From contig OZ249436.1 of assembly GCA_965235115.1 (NCBI GenBank), positions 49,292,001-49,356,000 of the forward strand: DNA of 64,000 bases. Reading direction: 5' to 3'. Positions 36,701 through 50,183 of the stretch are shown in pieces; position 1 is the first letter of the stretch; every line of letters starts with the position of its first letter. The DNA is from Laetmonice hystrix. Taxonomy: Eukaryota. Under the pieces are notes generated by a model, which was given only the letters and a program-made list of their open reading frames with translations, had not been told where the DNA came from and searched no databases. Position numbers and translations under genes: made by a program.

Positions 36701-38910
36701 CAGCTCGCATGACTCACCCAGATTTGGTTTCTTATTCAAGACTATACTTCGCAAACCATGCTTCAGTTACCACAGGGGGCATATGATCAGGACTTCCCTG
36801 CGGAGACTCATTGAACGATTCCTCACTTTACGCCAAAAACGTCCTCACTGCTACTGTTAAAATGGAGTTTGTGTCTTGTTTTTGTTGTTGGTTTTTGTTT
36901 GTTTGTTTGCGGCATTACGTGCAAAGTGTAAACTATAGACTCTCATGGAAGATTCGGGAAAAATTGATGTATTTCTCCACGTTAACATTGTGAAGAGAGA
37001 AATCCGCCTCGGAAAACATGAAGCTCTCAGTTGTCCAGAACGAGCTACATATCTATATTCCCTCTGAAATATTCTTACGTTCAGAACAAGAAAATCAAAC
37101 TTTTTAGTCATTATACTGTCTAGTTTTTACATCATGGCAGAGTGATGTAGGAATACATGTATCTATGACTGATAAAAAGAGATTTCTTCAACACTGGCAG
37201 ATATGTTCAACATGGCAGATAATTAGGTCTATCTGTAGCTAAACGGAAACAAAGCATAAAAAGAGTCTTCAGTTTGCCAGAGTATCATATATGTAGTATG
37301 ATGGTTAGGAACTGGTAAGGTGCTGTAGGTCTGAGTGTTGTGTTCTAACAACTTCCGTTCCAGGATCCATCACCGAACTACAGCGGCTGAATCATAAAAC
37401 TCTTCAATATTGTCTTCTTCCAAACTGCACACATCATTCATTCATCCGAACATTCGAGAAACTCTTTCCTAAATCTCTTTGTCACAAGTTGGATGACCAT
37501 CCACTCAGGGGCCGTATCGCTTTTGTAAGGTGGCCTTGTCAATGGCATCTTGGCAATGGCCTCCATCTGGTGACCTGCGGTCAGACTATAATGTGGAAAA
37601 AGGTTGTGTGTGTCAATACTGAGCGTCGACATCGAGCAGAATGTGGCTTACATCTGGCAGAGAAAGGAAGACGGAGGCGGACACGGCGACAGACAATACG
37701 TCGCCTTCTGTCCGCACACACAGGCAACTCCGTCCGTCGACGAGCCTCGTCCTCGTAGTCTGCACGACAGGGGGCGCTGATGACGGTAACGAGGCAAACC
37801 GATACGGCGCGGCAACAAGACGAACTAATGAGCGAGGCCCTTTACGCTCGTCTCTCAAAGACGTTCCGTGAAGCTGGCGAGCTGAGGTCGCTCGCCTCGC
37901 ATGTTCCTAGCTCGGCTGCATGCACAGCGGTTTTTGCCCGCCCTCGCTGTGTGATTCCCGGTAAAAACCACACCGTATTTAATTACACTGTCAATGCTCA
38001 AGTAGAGGTTCGGCTGCCAATCCCCTATGCTGGCCAGAAAGGCAATTTTCTTCTCCATTATAATCCATTATTCCGGGATGGACTGACACCATCCACCTTT
38101 TTCTCCCGTAAAGATACCCGTCACGTGAGAGTCAGCAAGGCGCGGGAGGTTCCCTCAAGTCCACCGCTCCCAGGGCCTTATTTCAAAGTCCTCCATATGA
38201 AGTATAGACTTCTATCTTTTTCCAGCTTCTTGATCCCCCCAATAATGGTGCCCCGGGGAAAACGGTGCCAAGAAGTAGCTTGTCAAAGTGAACAGCCACC
38301 CGACGCAGTCCCCCCTGGACGGGGGACAACTGAGCACGGTGGGGGTTTGGGGTTTGGGGTTCAAGAGGGGAGGCTTCCGAAGGGGCCACGTGCACGTTCT
38401 CAGGCCTTTAAACGCACACAATAAGAGTCTACCTCCTCTGATTCACGAATACAGATCCACATCAGAGTAGGACAGGGGAAAAAGGCAAGAAGCCTTATCG
38501 AGGTAGTTAGCGTATATCTACGCCGACAGTGGATTCTGCGTGCGGTTTGGGAATCATACTGTTGGGAATGGTGGCAGGCCGTACGTGCCGATAGCACTCG
38601 TACACATTGCCATATCGCTAACGTGCACCATGACAACTGTCACGCAGCAACCACCCGAGCCCCCTCCGTTCTATAGTATCTAGAACGTATGCCTCCGAAC
38701 ACAGTTCGTGCCATAAACTATAACACAGTTAGGCTCCTTAAGTCTTATACACTGGCGAACAGTAGTCTTCTTTTCGTACAGAACAATTTCATACATGAAG
38801 TCCATTTAAAACACTATACGTATTTGAACAATACTCAGATATAAGCCTCTCCAGGCGGGAAACTTTTCAAGAGTTCTATTTAGTCAGCAGGGGCAAGGCA
38901 GGGTACATTT

Positions 38911-39187
38911 CAGAGGCGTGTCCAGAGATTGGTTAAGGGGAGGGGGGGGGTGGTTCCTAAGTTTAGGTACATCAGAGATGGCCTTAGGCCATGCTCGTCT
39001 GGGAAAAAGACATCAAATGATGCAATTTAAGAACGTCTTGTTTGGAAATATGACTATTTCCCTTGGTTAAAATAAAACACTTTTTACATCCCTGTTTTAC
39101 TAAAATGTTCTTCATATAGTACTTTTTTCAAGGGGGGGGGGGGGTCCAGGATACTTGGACCCCCCCCCCCCCCTGGATACGCCACTG
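38911..39187. mobile_element. CAG...CTG MITE with 5-bp TSD CATTT
   Basis: cattt|CAGAGGCGTGTCCAG...CTGGATACGCCACTG|cattt; internal poly-G/poly-C hairpin. Confidence 0.8.
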
Positions 39188-42100
39188 CATTTGGCTCTGG
39201 CATATGACGGTGGCGCCGATATCCATGCCCAGGGCCTCCTCCTCCTCACTGACATTTTGTGGAAGAGCTCGCGTTCTCCGGAAGTAGACTCGGATGGACA
39301 GGTGTATTGTGGGAGAGGAGACAGCGCCGAACAGCACGACGACCGGCAGGTGGGTACTCGGAGAACTAGCGTTCCTCTCACATCCGGCAATTCAATCCTC
39401 CTTCCTTGGCGTGACAGATTTGATGAGCAAAAACACAGCGCAAAGTTCAACGTTGACATGAATGGTCAGGTCAGGCAGAGTCTAACGACGCCACGACGGG
39501 GGTGTCTTGGCATGGGGGTCGCGCCGGTTTGCTCTCTTTGCCAACGCCCCATAATTTAACCCATTCTATCTTATTCTGCTGTGAATTTGATAAACAACGG
39601 CTGGTTGGTGGTTTTAAGCAGCTTGTTGTCTCCACGTTACAAGGAACGCTTGGAGAAGTGGTGTTTATCGGGAAACTTTGAAAGCTAAGTCTGCATATCC
39701 GTTAGCGATTTCACTTTTCTACCTAATGTGTAAAATGTTAATAGTTCTGTTTGAAGGTGAGGATTCATGAATATTGTATTAAACGGACTCTGAACATAGT
39801 TTACTTGAAGCAACACGTGGCCCGTGGGTCCCAAACGATAAAAGACCCACCTAACGGGGAGTATATGATATACTCCACTCGCCGTTAGGTGCATGGGCCT
39901 TTTATCGTTTGGGATCCATCCTTTAGCGAAGCATTTTGATTTAAAGTACTACTAATTGATATATTTAATTTAAAACCATATATTTGACGTACCTCCTTTT
40001 AGCACAATTTTACATTATTTATGGACTACTGGCAAAATGTTGTTACCAAGTATGTGCCATTTTCCCGGTCACATCTTATGAAACAGCTATAATATTGCTG
40101 TCCAAAGGCTGTAACTGGACTCAAGACATTTTGGCAGGTACTCGTCTAGTAAATGGAGATGATCTTAGAAATTCTGAACTCTTTTACAGACATTTTACTT
40201 CAACCATTTGATAACACTTCTAGGTATTTCAAGTGACAAAATGTCGCTAGTAGAAATACATGGACATAATTTTCCCTGCCATGCAATATAACAGAAGAAC
40301 GTATGGTTGTGGCAAAACAGATTAATTTTTTTTAAAACAATAACTTCACTTCTAATTAAGACAGAACCCCCATCTCTGAATTAAACAAAGCGGAATTTTT
40401 TAAAGGACCTTCAAAATGTTTGGCCAAAAATGGTAGTTATGACCTTTCGGCATGGAACCCTCGATTAGTGCCACTTTCTTATCTTTTACATGGAATTGAT
40501 TCAAAGGTTTGGTGTCACATTCTGTTTTTTATTGTTATCTTTAACCCAGACCGGTCCTTTCCAAAAGTGACACACGACTGATGTGCCTTCAAGGCTGAGA
40601 GAACAGCCGATCTCGCACACGAGACGTATAGGAACTGTATTTGTATCTCTCAACATTCTCCAGCTTCATGTCTTTCATATACAGTATACCTCCTTGACGC
40701 GAGTTGATCGCAAATTCCCTCAAAAGTCTCGAAACTGGACAGTTGATTTGAATACCGAAAGAAGCAATTGTAGACGAGCTTGTCATCACGCGATTTGAAC
40801 AGTGCTTAAACATCGTTTTTATAAAGGGATGGAGGCTGAAGGTAAATTATATAGAACACTTGGAGATAGGTAATAGGACTATTGGATAAATGATAGATGT
40901 GAATTTGGCTTGACTTCTCCTTTGAACTCTGACACTGATCATAGCTGCATGAACTGTTGGACAATGGAGGTTAGTTTAGACACCACAGGTTCCAGACATT
41001 TCCAACTTTAATGTGCGTTCGTCAACATAGATTATATCATTCTTATTTTCTCTGTCGCTTAAAAAGGAAAGAGCCCTATGTTGCCTATCAATGTGTAGCT
41101 GATGAGCTGATGGTATGTTAGGATAAGCAGAATTCCAGTACTCCAGTGACAAGTGTTAATCAGAGTCTGGCTTTCATCCGTGCCAGTCGTTCCAAAACAG
41201 ATAAGAATAATCATTCGAATTCTAGTTCATGTATATGCGGTGTGATAGTTTCCACTGTTAGAGTCTTTGACGTTTTGGAAATATCAAATTGGGGCGAGAA
41301 AGATTAGTAGTCATTAATAGTGTTCTTGAAATGGGCCTTTGGCATCACCGCCTCAAGATAGATCTGCAAATATTCTTTCTTCTTTTTTCTGTTAAATTGA
41401 ATATTGCCTTTTTAACAGATATCCTCACTTCAGAACATTAATTGTCTTTTTAACAGTACCAAAGATAGTATAGGCCAGGGCCGTTATGTGTTGTGTGTGT
41501 ATTAGTATGTTATGAACATTTTCTGGGCGTTCATCGAACTCTCAAATGGGTTTATGACCCAGAAAAGGTTAAGTACCCCTGATCTCCCGGGCGCTATGGT
41601 CGGCAGTCTGCACCAAGATCTGGACTGCCTTCGAGAACCCCACGTCTGATACCGGTCGGAGCTGTTTAAAATACACGACAGAGGACATGGAAACTCGCGC
41701 CTCTGGTAAACCCCTTGTCCACACCATTCACATCACTATTGTTGCATTCCGCTTTCATCAAACGTCGTCCCATGAGCTGCTTCGTATGAAATACGAAAGA
41801 AAATAAGCCAGCAGTGTACGTATGAATTATTGAAGAGCGGGTGAAAGGCATGGTCCCCACTGGTTCGCTAACTTCTATTGGGTGTTTCTCCCACGCTCTC
41901 TCCATACACTGAACTACAAACGTCCTATCTGACCGTCGTGGATCCGACTACTTTCGTTTCTAATCAAAAGTAGTGGTTCCCTAGGGTACAGTCCACCAAC
42001 TCGAGTATTGTCTTCGGTGGAATTCAACCCTCACGCTATGAGTTGAAGAAGCTCTCTTAGAAAGTTGTGTTGTGAGGATGCCAAACAGCATGCACAATAT

Positions 42101-45100
42101 CGTCTGGCGATGAATAACGACGGCCGATTAGGACGTTTTACGGGCCGATGGTTGCATGTCTAAAGACAGGAAAGTATGAGGGCCCTGTATTGTTTTATCG
42201 TTTAGTTAAAATGTTGACCTTTTTCCGTGGCCCACTGCTGTCGCCGTCGTCGCCTCCACTGCTGCTGCTGCTGCCGCTGGAGCACTGCGGCGCCGCTCCT
42301 GCCCATCGAGTCCTCTGTCTTCAACGACTTGTCTGCGGGGGACCTGCTCCCTTGGCGCCTCATACGCTCTGTTGGCGATCTGGACACAGGACGTAAAGCT
42401 CTCCACTGATTCACAGGAGGCTTTTACCATGGGCATCGGTCACAAACCAGGGACATTTCACAACGACAAAGTTCCTGTTTGGTCAGCCAAGTAAGTCTTC
42501 GATAGAAAGTTTGTCGGAATTTACCCTCTCTTTTTCTTTCTTCACGTTGAACAGATTAGAACTGGGTCTGTCATCGCGTTGATGCAGCAAGAGTTGCAGC
42601 ATTAGGCTGTACTATGCAGGATTATGACACCGATGATGAAATTGAATTATGAGGAGACAAGACGGCGAGAAAAGTATGCGCGTATTTAGATGTAGAACAA
42701 TGGCACACACCTTGAACGATTCACGTAATCATCTTCATGTTTTGTACAGTTCTATTGGTGAAGTCATTGGGAAATGAGATCGTATGGCTGCAATCCTCGT
42801 TAATTTAGTGGTTAAGTGATTGTCCCCGGATCCTTTGTATTCGTGTGTATTATAGTTTTTCTTCCTCCCCTTTCTTGTCCTCATCCGGCATTGTCCTTCT
42901 GGTCGGCAACAGGAACGAGAAGGTTACCCATCAGCTTGTTTTTACACTAATGTTCAATGTTAAATGTGTGCAAGCAATGAAAACAAAGAAAGACGTTTGA
43001 ATTTTATTACAGACACACGTTTCTATCTTGTCGGTAAAGAACCTATAAACAACCGATATATTATCAACAGTTAGCGTCCCTGAGCCTTTATAACATATCA
43101 GTTTCTGTTTTTTTTTACCGCAGTGCAACATAATGTGGGTGGCATGTTGCCTAACATACCCGTACATATCACGGAATATCACATCTAATATCGAAGTTTA
43201 GATTATTATCTTTAACGTTCAAAGATTGGGATCACATCAACTGATCATATGTCGTAACCTCGCTATCTTACATTAAATACTAAATCTATTGTATCTATAC
43301 CTATAGACATACGACCGAGAGACAATAGGTCCCCTAAACACGTTTTTTTAGTTTCACCATGTTTTCGCCGTGAAGTTGGCGACACGCCGTAAAACCACCA
43401 ACTCAAAATCAAAATCGGCTGATTAACCGAAAGGTTCGTTTCAAGGTATTGCAGGTCTTTATGATAAATAACGTCACGTCAGACAGTGTCTGTATTTTTG
43501 CCTATCTTCTTTCTTTTATTAAATTTCAAGATATAAAAAAAAGAAAAGCCATTTCTTATGAACAACTCTCTCTCTCTCCCTCTCGCCTCTCTCTCTCTCT
43601 GTCAGGATTGCCCTGTAAGATGTGTAGTAAGTCGTCTTGCCCTATGCTCTGTCCGGCGTGGCCGTTGCGTGACACTGCAGGAGTTCTGTTGTCCTCAGAC
43701 TGTCCAGTCATTCCGTCACAGGACGTACTGGTCTGGGAGCAGTATCCAGCGACTGGACATTTCCCTCTGTCAGCCACTCATCATGGCAGGTCATCTATTA
43801 GTGATCTATTCTATACAATGCGAACTATAGATACAACATTTCTGACGTCAGTCGATATTCTCAAGGCATTTAAAGATTTCTTTTAGTTTGTAAATACGGG
43901 TGGACTCAGAAGTTAGAGAAATTTGAATTTTTGCCGCTGGTTTTCTTGGTAACTGATCTGATTTCAATCATGTGACATTGCGAGTTGTTATGAAGGTCGC
44001 ATGACGTGTAAAGGAGCCATGAAGGGAGTGGCCCGATTTTACTTTTCGTCCCCGACGTGAGGATGACTCTCTCTCCAATCGATCACTCCAAAAGGTCCTT
44101 GACGTTCTGCCCTCTCTCTCTCTCCCCCCCCCCCCCACCCACGACCAGAACTGGTGGTGGCGTTGCGAGGTCCAGGGCCCTAACAATTAGCCGCGGGAGA
44201 CGTAATTGCGCGCCGCTATTACGATGATAGTTTGCATTTTTGGGACGGCTCACTTAACTTCCGGAAGCAGGCGAGTCTTTCCGAGATCACGCGAACAGGG
44301 AGCGTTCATTACACGGGGAGTGGCACAGATAAGGGGGCCATTCATTATTCGGCCGCTGCCGTGAGATGGATCACGAGAGAGCGACTTTAGATCAGATGTT
44401 CAGGAGCAAGCAGATAGTCCGATACTCTACTAATGGTCTCCCAACCGCCAAACTCACCCTAAATCAGGAACTGCCACCGCCGCTACCGCTAAAAGGCAGA
44501 GCACCCGTGTACCTTATTAGACAGAGCTATAATTATTTCTCTTTATGGCCTCCGGCCACCATACATCAAGTTTACCTTGCCATGCCATGTCCTTCTGACA
44601 GCTGTGCGTGTTTGCAATGCAATTAACCAAATGTCATAAGGTTTAACTATATCAACGACTATATAAGTTAAGATACAGTGAGGATATATACCAACCCAGA
44701 GATAGAGTGAGGGGACCATTGTATGGCATTGACAATTCTTTCTTTAAATCAGTAATGCAGTATGTTAATTTGATTAGTCGGTGGCCCCAATTGAGAGTTG
44801 TACGGATTTTCCCCAGTGCTAAGAAAACACGCTTGCCACAATTTGTGAGACTCGGAAATATGAAACTCCTCCTCTATATGTACCGTATGATCTAAGACAA
44901 CTCAGTGCTGGGGGCATGCATTTATATTGGCAGCAACTTCTAGCCGAAGGACATTGAGCAATAATCAACCGGCTGCTGCCCAGTGAGGTATTGTCTTACT
45001 TGACATGTGTGCTACGTTAACCAGTTCTCAGACACGCAGGGGGTCGGTCGGATAATCAACAAGGGGCATATCTTCTCCACGGAACCCTTGGGCGAGCTTC

Positions 45101-46944
45101 TGTAACTTCCTACCCTATTCCTGCTCTGTTTCAGAGAAGTATAAGTTATGTCGTAAAGGACACAATAAAACCAGATAATTGCAGGTCATTCACATTGACG
45201 GTTGATCCTAACGCTCTTAATCAATGGTACCACGATAACCGTTGTCTTTTCACAGGATTCGATGGCACACGTCAAGTTCTAAGGTAATAAAGACACATTT
45301 CGTCGTCTACAGTTTACTTGGCTTCCATTAGTCAATTGACGGGCCACTATAGGCGGTCGAAGTGGCCGCCGAGATCAGGGAGTGATTGGGGGTGACATGA
45401 AGATTTACGGCAATGGTCGATGACAACGGAAGCAGGCGATGTTGTGTCATGATCCGGGTCCTGTTGACCTAGTGACGCGCGGGGTCACGTGACCCAGCGA
45501 CGTGATCGAAGGTGGGGCTGACCGCACTGCGAGCAGTTGGGGGACCCCTGTCTATTGCTGATATGGATATCAAACATTATCGCACGACTTTCTATCTAGG
45601 TCTGGTAGCAAGGAACGCCCTTTATCGTCGCTCGACCAATGCTTGCTTACTGCAATCAGTTCGTGTATAGAACAGGCCATTTTGTTATTTAAGCCAGACC
45701 ATTAACAACAGACAAATCATAGAATTTACATGATAACAACAAAGCCAAATTGAGAATAATTAGCTCAAAGGCAATTTGAGTCAATCAAACTCAAGGAAAC
45801 TGGCCCCAAGGTAATGAGACCTATGGTATTTATTTGTGACGCGCGCCCTGTATATCAATAAAAAAGAAGGTTCTCATTATTCTGAAACTGCAGTATAGAT
45901 TCATTACTTCCATTCAGGATATATTCTAAATATTAGAAGAAATAAAACTCCTATTACGTGTGTGTTGGCCAGGTAACGATCACAACATGCTTGGTAAGTG
46001 ATCCTTGTCGGACCTCGATACGTAAGTGTCTGTAAAAATATGTATAAAAAAGAAGAAAAAGGTCGCTTTGTCCGTACACGGATAAGTGGGCACAGTCTTG
46101 ATATTTTTAATACGTTTATTCTATCCGTATCCATGTCCGAACCGGACACCTGAACTGGGGCCGGATTGTGAGAACGGCTATAGCTCACCCATAACGCGGT
46201 GTGATTGATGAGGTAAACTCTCAATTGTAATTTAATCTTATTCTGCGGCTCCGTCTATAGGATTAGAGGATTAGGATTAGGGAGGGTTACCATGAAACCA
46301 AGCCTGGTCAATACCAAGTGGTTGATGCGCCTCAAACGGAACCAGCATACCAGCTGTGTGGATTCGATTGCCCTTTTTGACCTGCTGTATGTAACTGGAT
46401 AAAGGCTAGTCTTTAGCCGCTGTTCACTCTGCTGGTACGGGTACATAGAAAATGTGAATGATATAATTTAATAACATTTTATCCTGACTAAAAAATATAA
46501 TGACTTTTATTACTTTTTCTAAGTATGTGGTTGTATATTTCGTATAATTATTATACTATTCATGACAACGTAGCACTACACGACGCAAAAGTCCCCATTG
46601 TGAATGGCACAATAATTCAGCCTAACAAAAGTCTTTTACGAATGTTATTCCAAACTTCTTAACTTCTTTATGTCAGATACCAACATATCAAAATGTACTT
46701 CGAAATTCGCATTCTATGTTTTGCTTCTTATCGACACCTAAAAGCAAAGGTTACAAAGCCTATAGGCTGTGTTACATCGACGTCCCATCCAAATGAATCA
46801 GGCTCATTTAGAGGCCGGCCCTGCGTACCCCCCACCCCCCCACCCCCACCACCACCACCACCATCCACCACCACCATCAACGGAGCTTTCACCGTTTACC
46901 AGGTACTGCAGAAGTGGCCCCCGTGTGGCCCTAAGGTTCGACCA

Positions 46945-47697
46945 GGACCTCATTCTGCCACTATCTGACGTCCGTCCCTCACTACGCCCCTGGACCTCAT
47001 TCTGCCACTATCTGACGTCCGTCCCTCACTACGCCCCTGGACCTCATTCTGCCACTATCTGACGTCCGTCCCTCACTACGCCCCTGGACCTCATTCTGCC
47101 ACTATCTGACGTCCGTCCCTCACTACGCCCCTGGACCTCATTCTGCCACTATCTGACGTCCGTCTCTCACTACGCCCCTGGACCTCATTCTGCCACTATC
47201 TGACGTCCGTCCCTCACTACGCCCCTGGACCTCATTCTGCCACTATCTGACGTCCGTCCCTCACTACGCCCCTGGACCTCATTCTGCCACTATCTGACGT
47301 CCGTCCCTCACTACGCCCCTGGTCCTCATTCTGCCACTATCTGACGTCCGTCCCTCACTACGCCCCTGGACCTCATTCTGCCACTATCTGACGTCCGTCC
47401 CTCACTACGCCCCTGGACCTCATTCTGCCACTATCTGACGTCCGTCCCTCACTACGCCCCTGGACCTCATTCTGCCACTATCTGACGTCCGTCCCTCACT
47501 ACGCCCCTGGACCTCATTCTGCCACTATCTGACGTCCGTCCCTCACTACGCCCCTGGACCTCATTCTGCCACTATCTGACGTCCGTCCCTCACTACGCCC
47601 CTGGACCTCATTCTGCCACTATCTGACGTCCGTCCCTCACTACGCCCCTGGACCTCATTCTGCCACTATCTGACGTCCGTCCCTCACTACGCCCCTG
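46945..47697. repeat. 47-bp minisatellite, 16 nearly identical copies
   Basis: ggacctcattctgccactatctgacgtccgtccctcactacgcccct. Confidence 0.98.
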
Positions 47698-48873
47698 CTC
47701 CTGCCTCGTTTCTCGCCCGTCCGGAAGTTGACCTACTTGAGACGGGCGGCCAGAGCTCATCGGCGCCTATACATCAATTACAGCCGGCTTCCATACAGGA
47801 ACCACTCCGGAGACGTAAATTCAAAGCTCGTCATTAGTCACATTAGATCTAATTAGGTGGTCCAAATGAAACTGTTTACGTGACGCCTTTTTAAGCGTCC
47901 CTTCACTCTACTCTCATTGTGGTTAATTCGAGGCACGTTCGTCAGAAACGCTTGAGGACGGGCGGCCTTGACGTTTGACGGACGGTTTTAGCGCGTGTCG
48001 TTTTGTCGCGTCTCGTGCACCCTGTAGTGAGATTTATACGCTTGAAGATCGTTGTCAATTGGTTTACGGGGCTCTGCCTAGGTACCTAGTGAAAGACGGA
48101 TTGTAGACCGTCTCCGACAAACAGACCCGCGTGTCTCTGCAGCAAAAGGCACCGCAATTTGTTTGTATTACATTGGATTAATTCAAGGAGTCTCTTTTTG
48201 CTTCAGCTTTCGACAATTCTATCGTGTTAACATAATACGCATGTCTCGTATTGTGTCATCGCGCTAGACACACCAAGCCCATGTATTAGACGTAGCGCAA
48301 TCTTAACGTTGAAATGGCACATTTGCTTCATGTCGGAGGCTCAACCCGTGACTTCGGATAAATATTTCGGTTTGGATTGTGGTTTAACGCCTCTACAACA
48401 ACAGCCAAGGTCGAATCGAGGCTCTTAGTTGTACTGGGAGAAACCGGAATAATCGGGGGAAAATAACGGAATTGCAGCAAGTAACTAGTAAACCGCATAT
48501 CCAATACTTTGGATATAGAAGAGTACAACTTCATTTAGGTCATAAGGTTTCAGAACTGTTATCTCCTGTATCTAGCGGAAACTTTCAATTCCTATGATTC
48601 TTTGGATACGAAATGTGTAACGGTCTTGCTTATTTCTTCCTATGATATATAGCCCAGATAAGGAGACGTCAAAGTACAATATCCTCGTCTTAGTGTAAAA
48701 CTGCTGTGTGTGGGAGACAATCGTGTTACTTCAAACAACTGGAGATACCAGGAGTAATCATGGGAGTGCTTCAAAGTAAATTTAAACGGTAGGGAGACAA
48801 AAGGGGGAAACTGTAATCAGACAGTTGTATCCGACAGTTGTCAGTAGGGTACAACATTAGAAAGGTCACAGCA

Positions 48874-48945
<72 letters not shown>

Positions 48946-49921
48946 GAGAGAGAGAGAGTCTCCTTTCCTTGCACCACATACATGCTATACATCAGTACTA
49001 TAGACCTCTACACCCGGAGAGGCGGGCGTCATTTCAAGTCCTACTGGACAACTCCATTGTTCCGAATATTCACACACCAGGTCTTCCCTGCTCACGTATC
49101 AATTCCCAAAATGCTGCCTTAGCGGCGGAAGAAGTGGGCATGAGATGGGAGCTTTCCTTGAATTAGCAAGAAATTAGTCGTTACGGTGGTCCTTAGAGTA
49201 GCTCCGCCTCGACTGATGGGGTGGCCGTCTCACCGACTTCGGGCCGATGACCCATTAGTGAGAGGGCCATGATATATAAAAGTATTTATAGCCTGCAATT
49301 CCTTCTATTGGACGAGGAATTGCTTCTTTGGGAAGATTGAGTAGAATCAAACTTCTTACTGTAACAACTGTAACGGTAGAATATAAAACAAAACTGAAGG
49401 TAGGCACAGACGTCTCCAGATTCTGTCATATTGTGTAGAGTGGTCCTACATACGTATTTCACTTCCAATATGTCTGTACTATATAGTTTAGGATGTACGC
49501 GAACTTATCATTGTATAGTAATTTAGGCAGACCATAATATTTGTAGGAATTGTATCCATAATTATTTCACACAGACGCGTATTATGAAGATCGGTACGTG
49601 AGCGTATACATGCCCTTTGGTGAGAAACATGACCTTCGTCGGAGGGAACACATTTCATTTCTCAACGATAACAGCATCCCCTTTTCACAGCTTCTTGGAC
49701 GCCACAGGCAACGTGCAACGTAGCAAAATAATTACCCACTTAAGAATACAATCGCGGAACTTTCTGTAGACAGGTTCATCAATGTATGATCACGTTCACC
49801 AGCATTAATGGGGACAGTTTGATGCGCACAGAATCAGTTGACTTTTTTTTCCAGGGGATATTTTTTTGAGAGAGTAGCACAGTTTTAGAGGGAGAAAGTT
49901 TCTATAAGAAGAGGCCTGAGG

Positions 49922-50183
49922 CACTGGGGGATCCAGGGAGCCCAAGGGGCCCGGCACCCCCTTAAATTTTTCTTCCACCTTTTTAAGAAGATGCATTGTT
50001 CGGACCCTGCAACCAGGATTCCAGCAAAATTCTTTTAAAAAAGGCCTCCTATAGTGTACGTGATAGTAACATCGGGCCCAAAAGGGCCTCCTTGGTCATC
50101 CAGGAGCAACATAACTCTGGGCCATGCAGCATTGATTTTTTTTTGGGTGGGCTCTCCTTCTCAAACTTCTGGATCCCCCACTG
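49922..50183. mobile_element. MITE, same family as 57909-58225
   Basis: CACTGGGGGATCCAG...CTGGATCCCCCACTG ends; ~140-bp core (aagaagatgcatt...cataactctgggcc) shared with the 57.9-kb copy. Confidence 0.85.
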
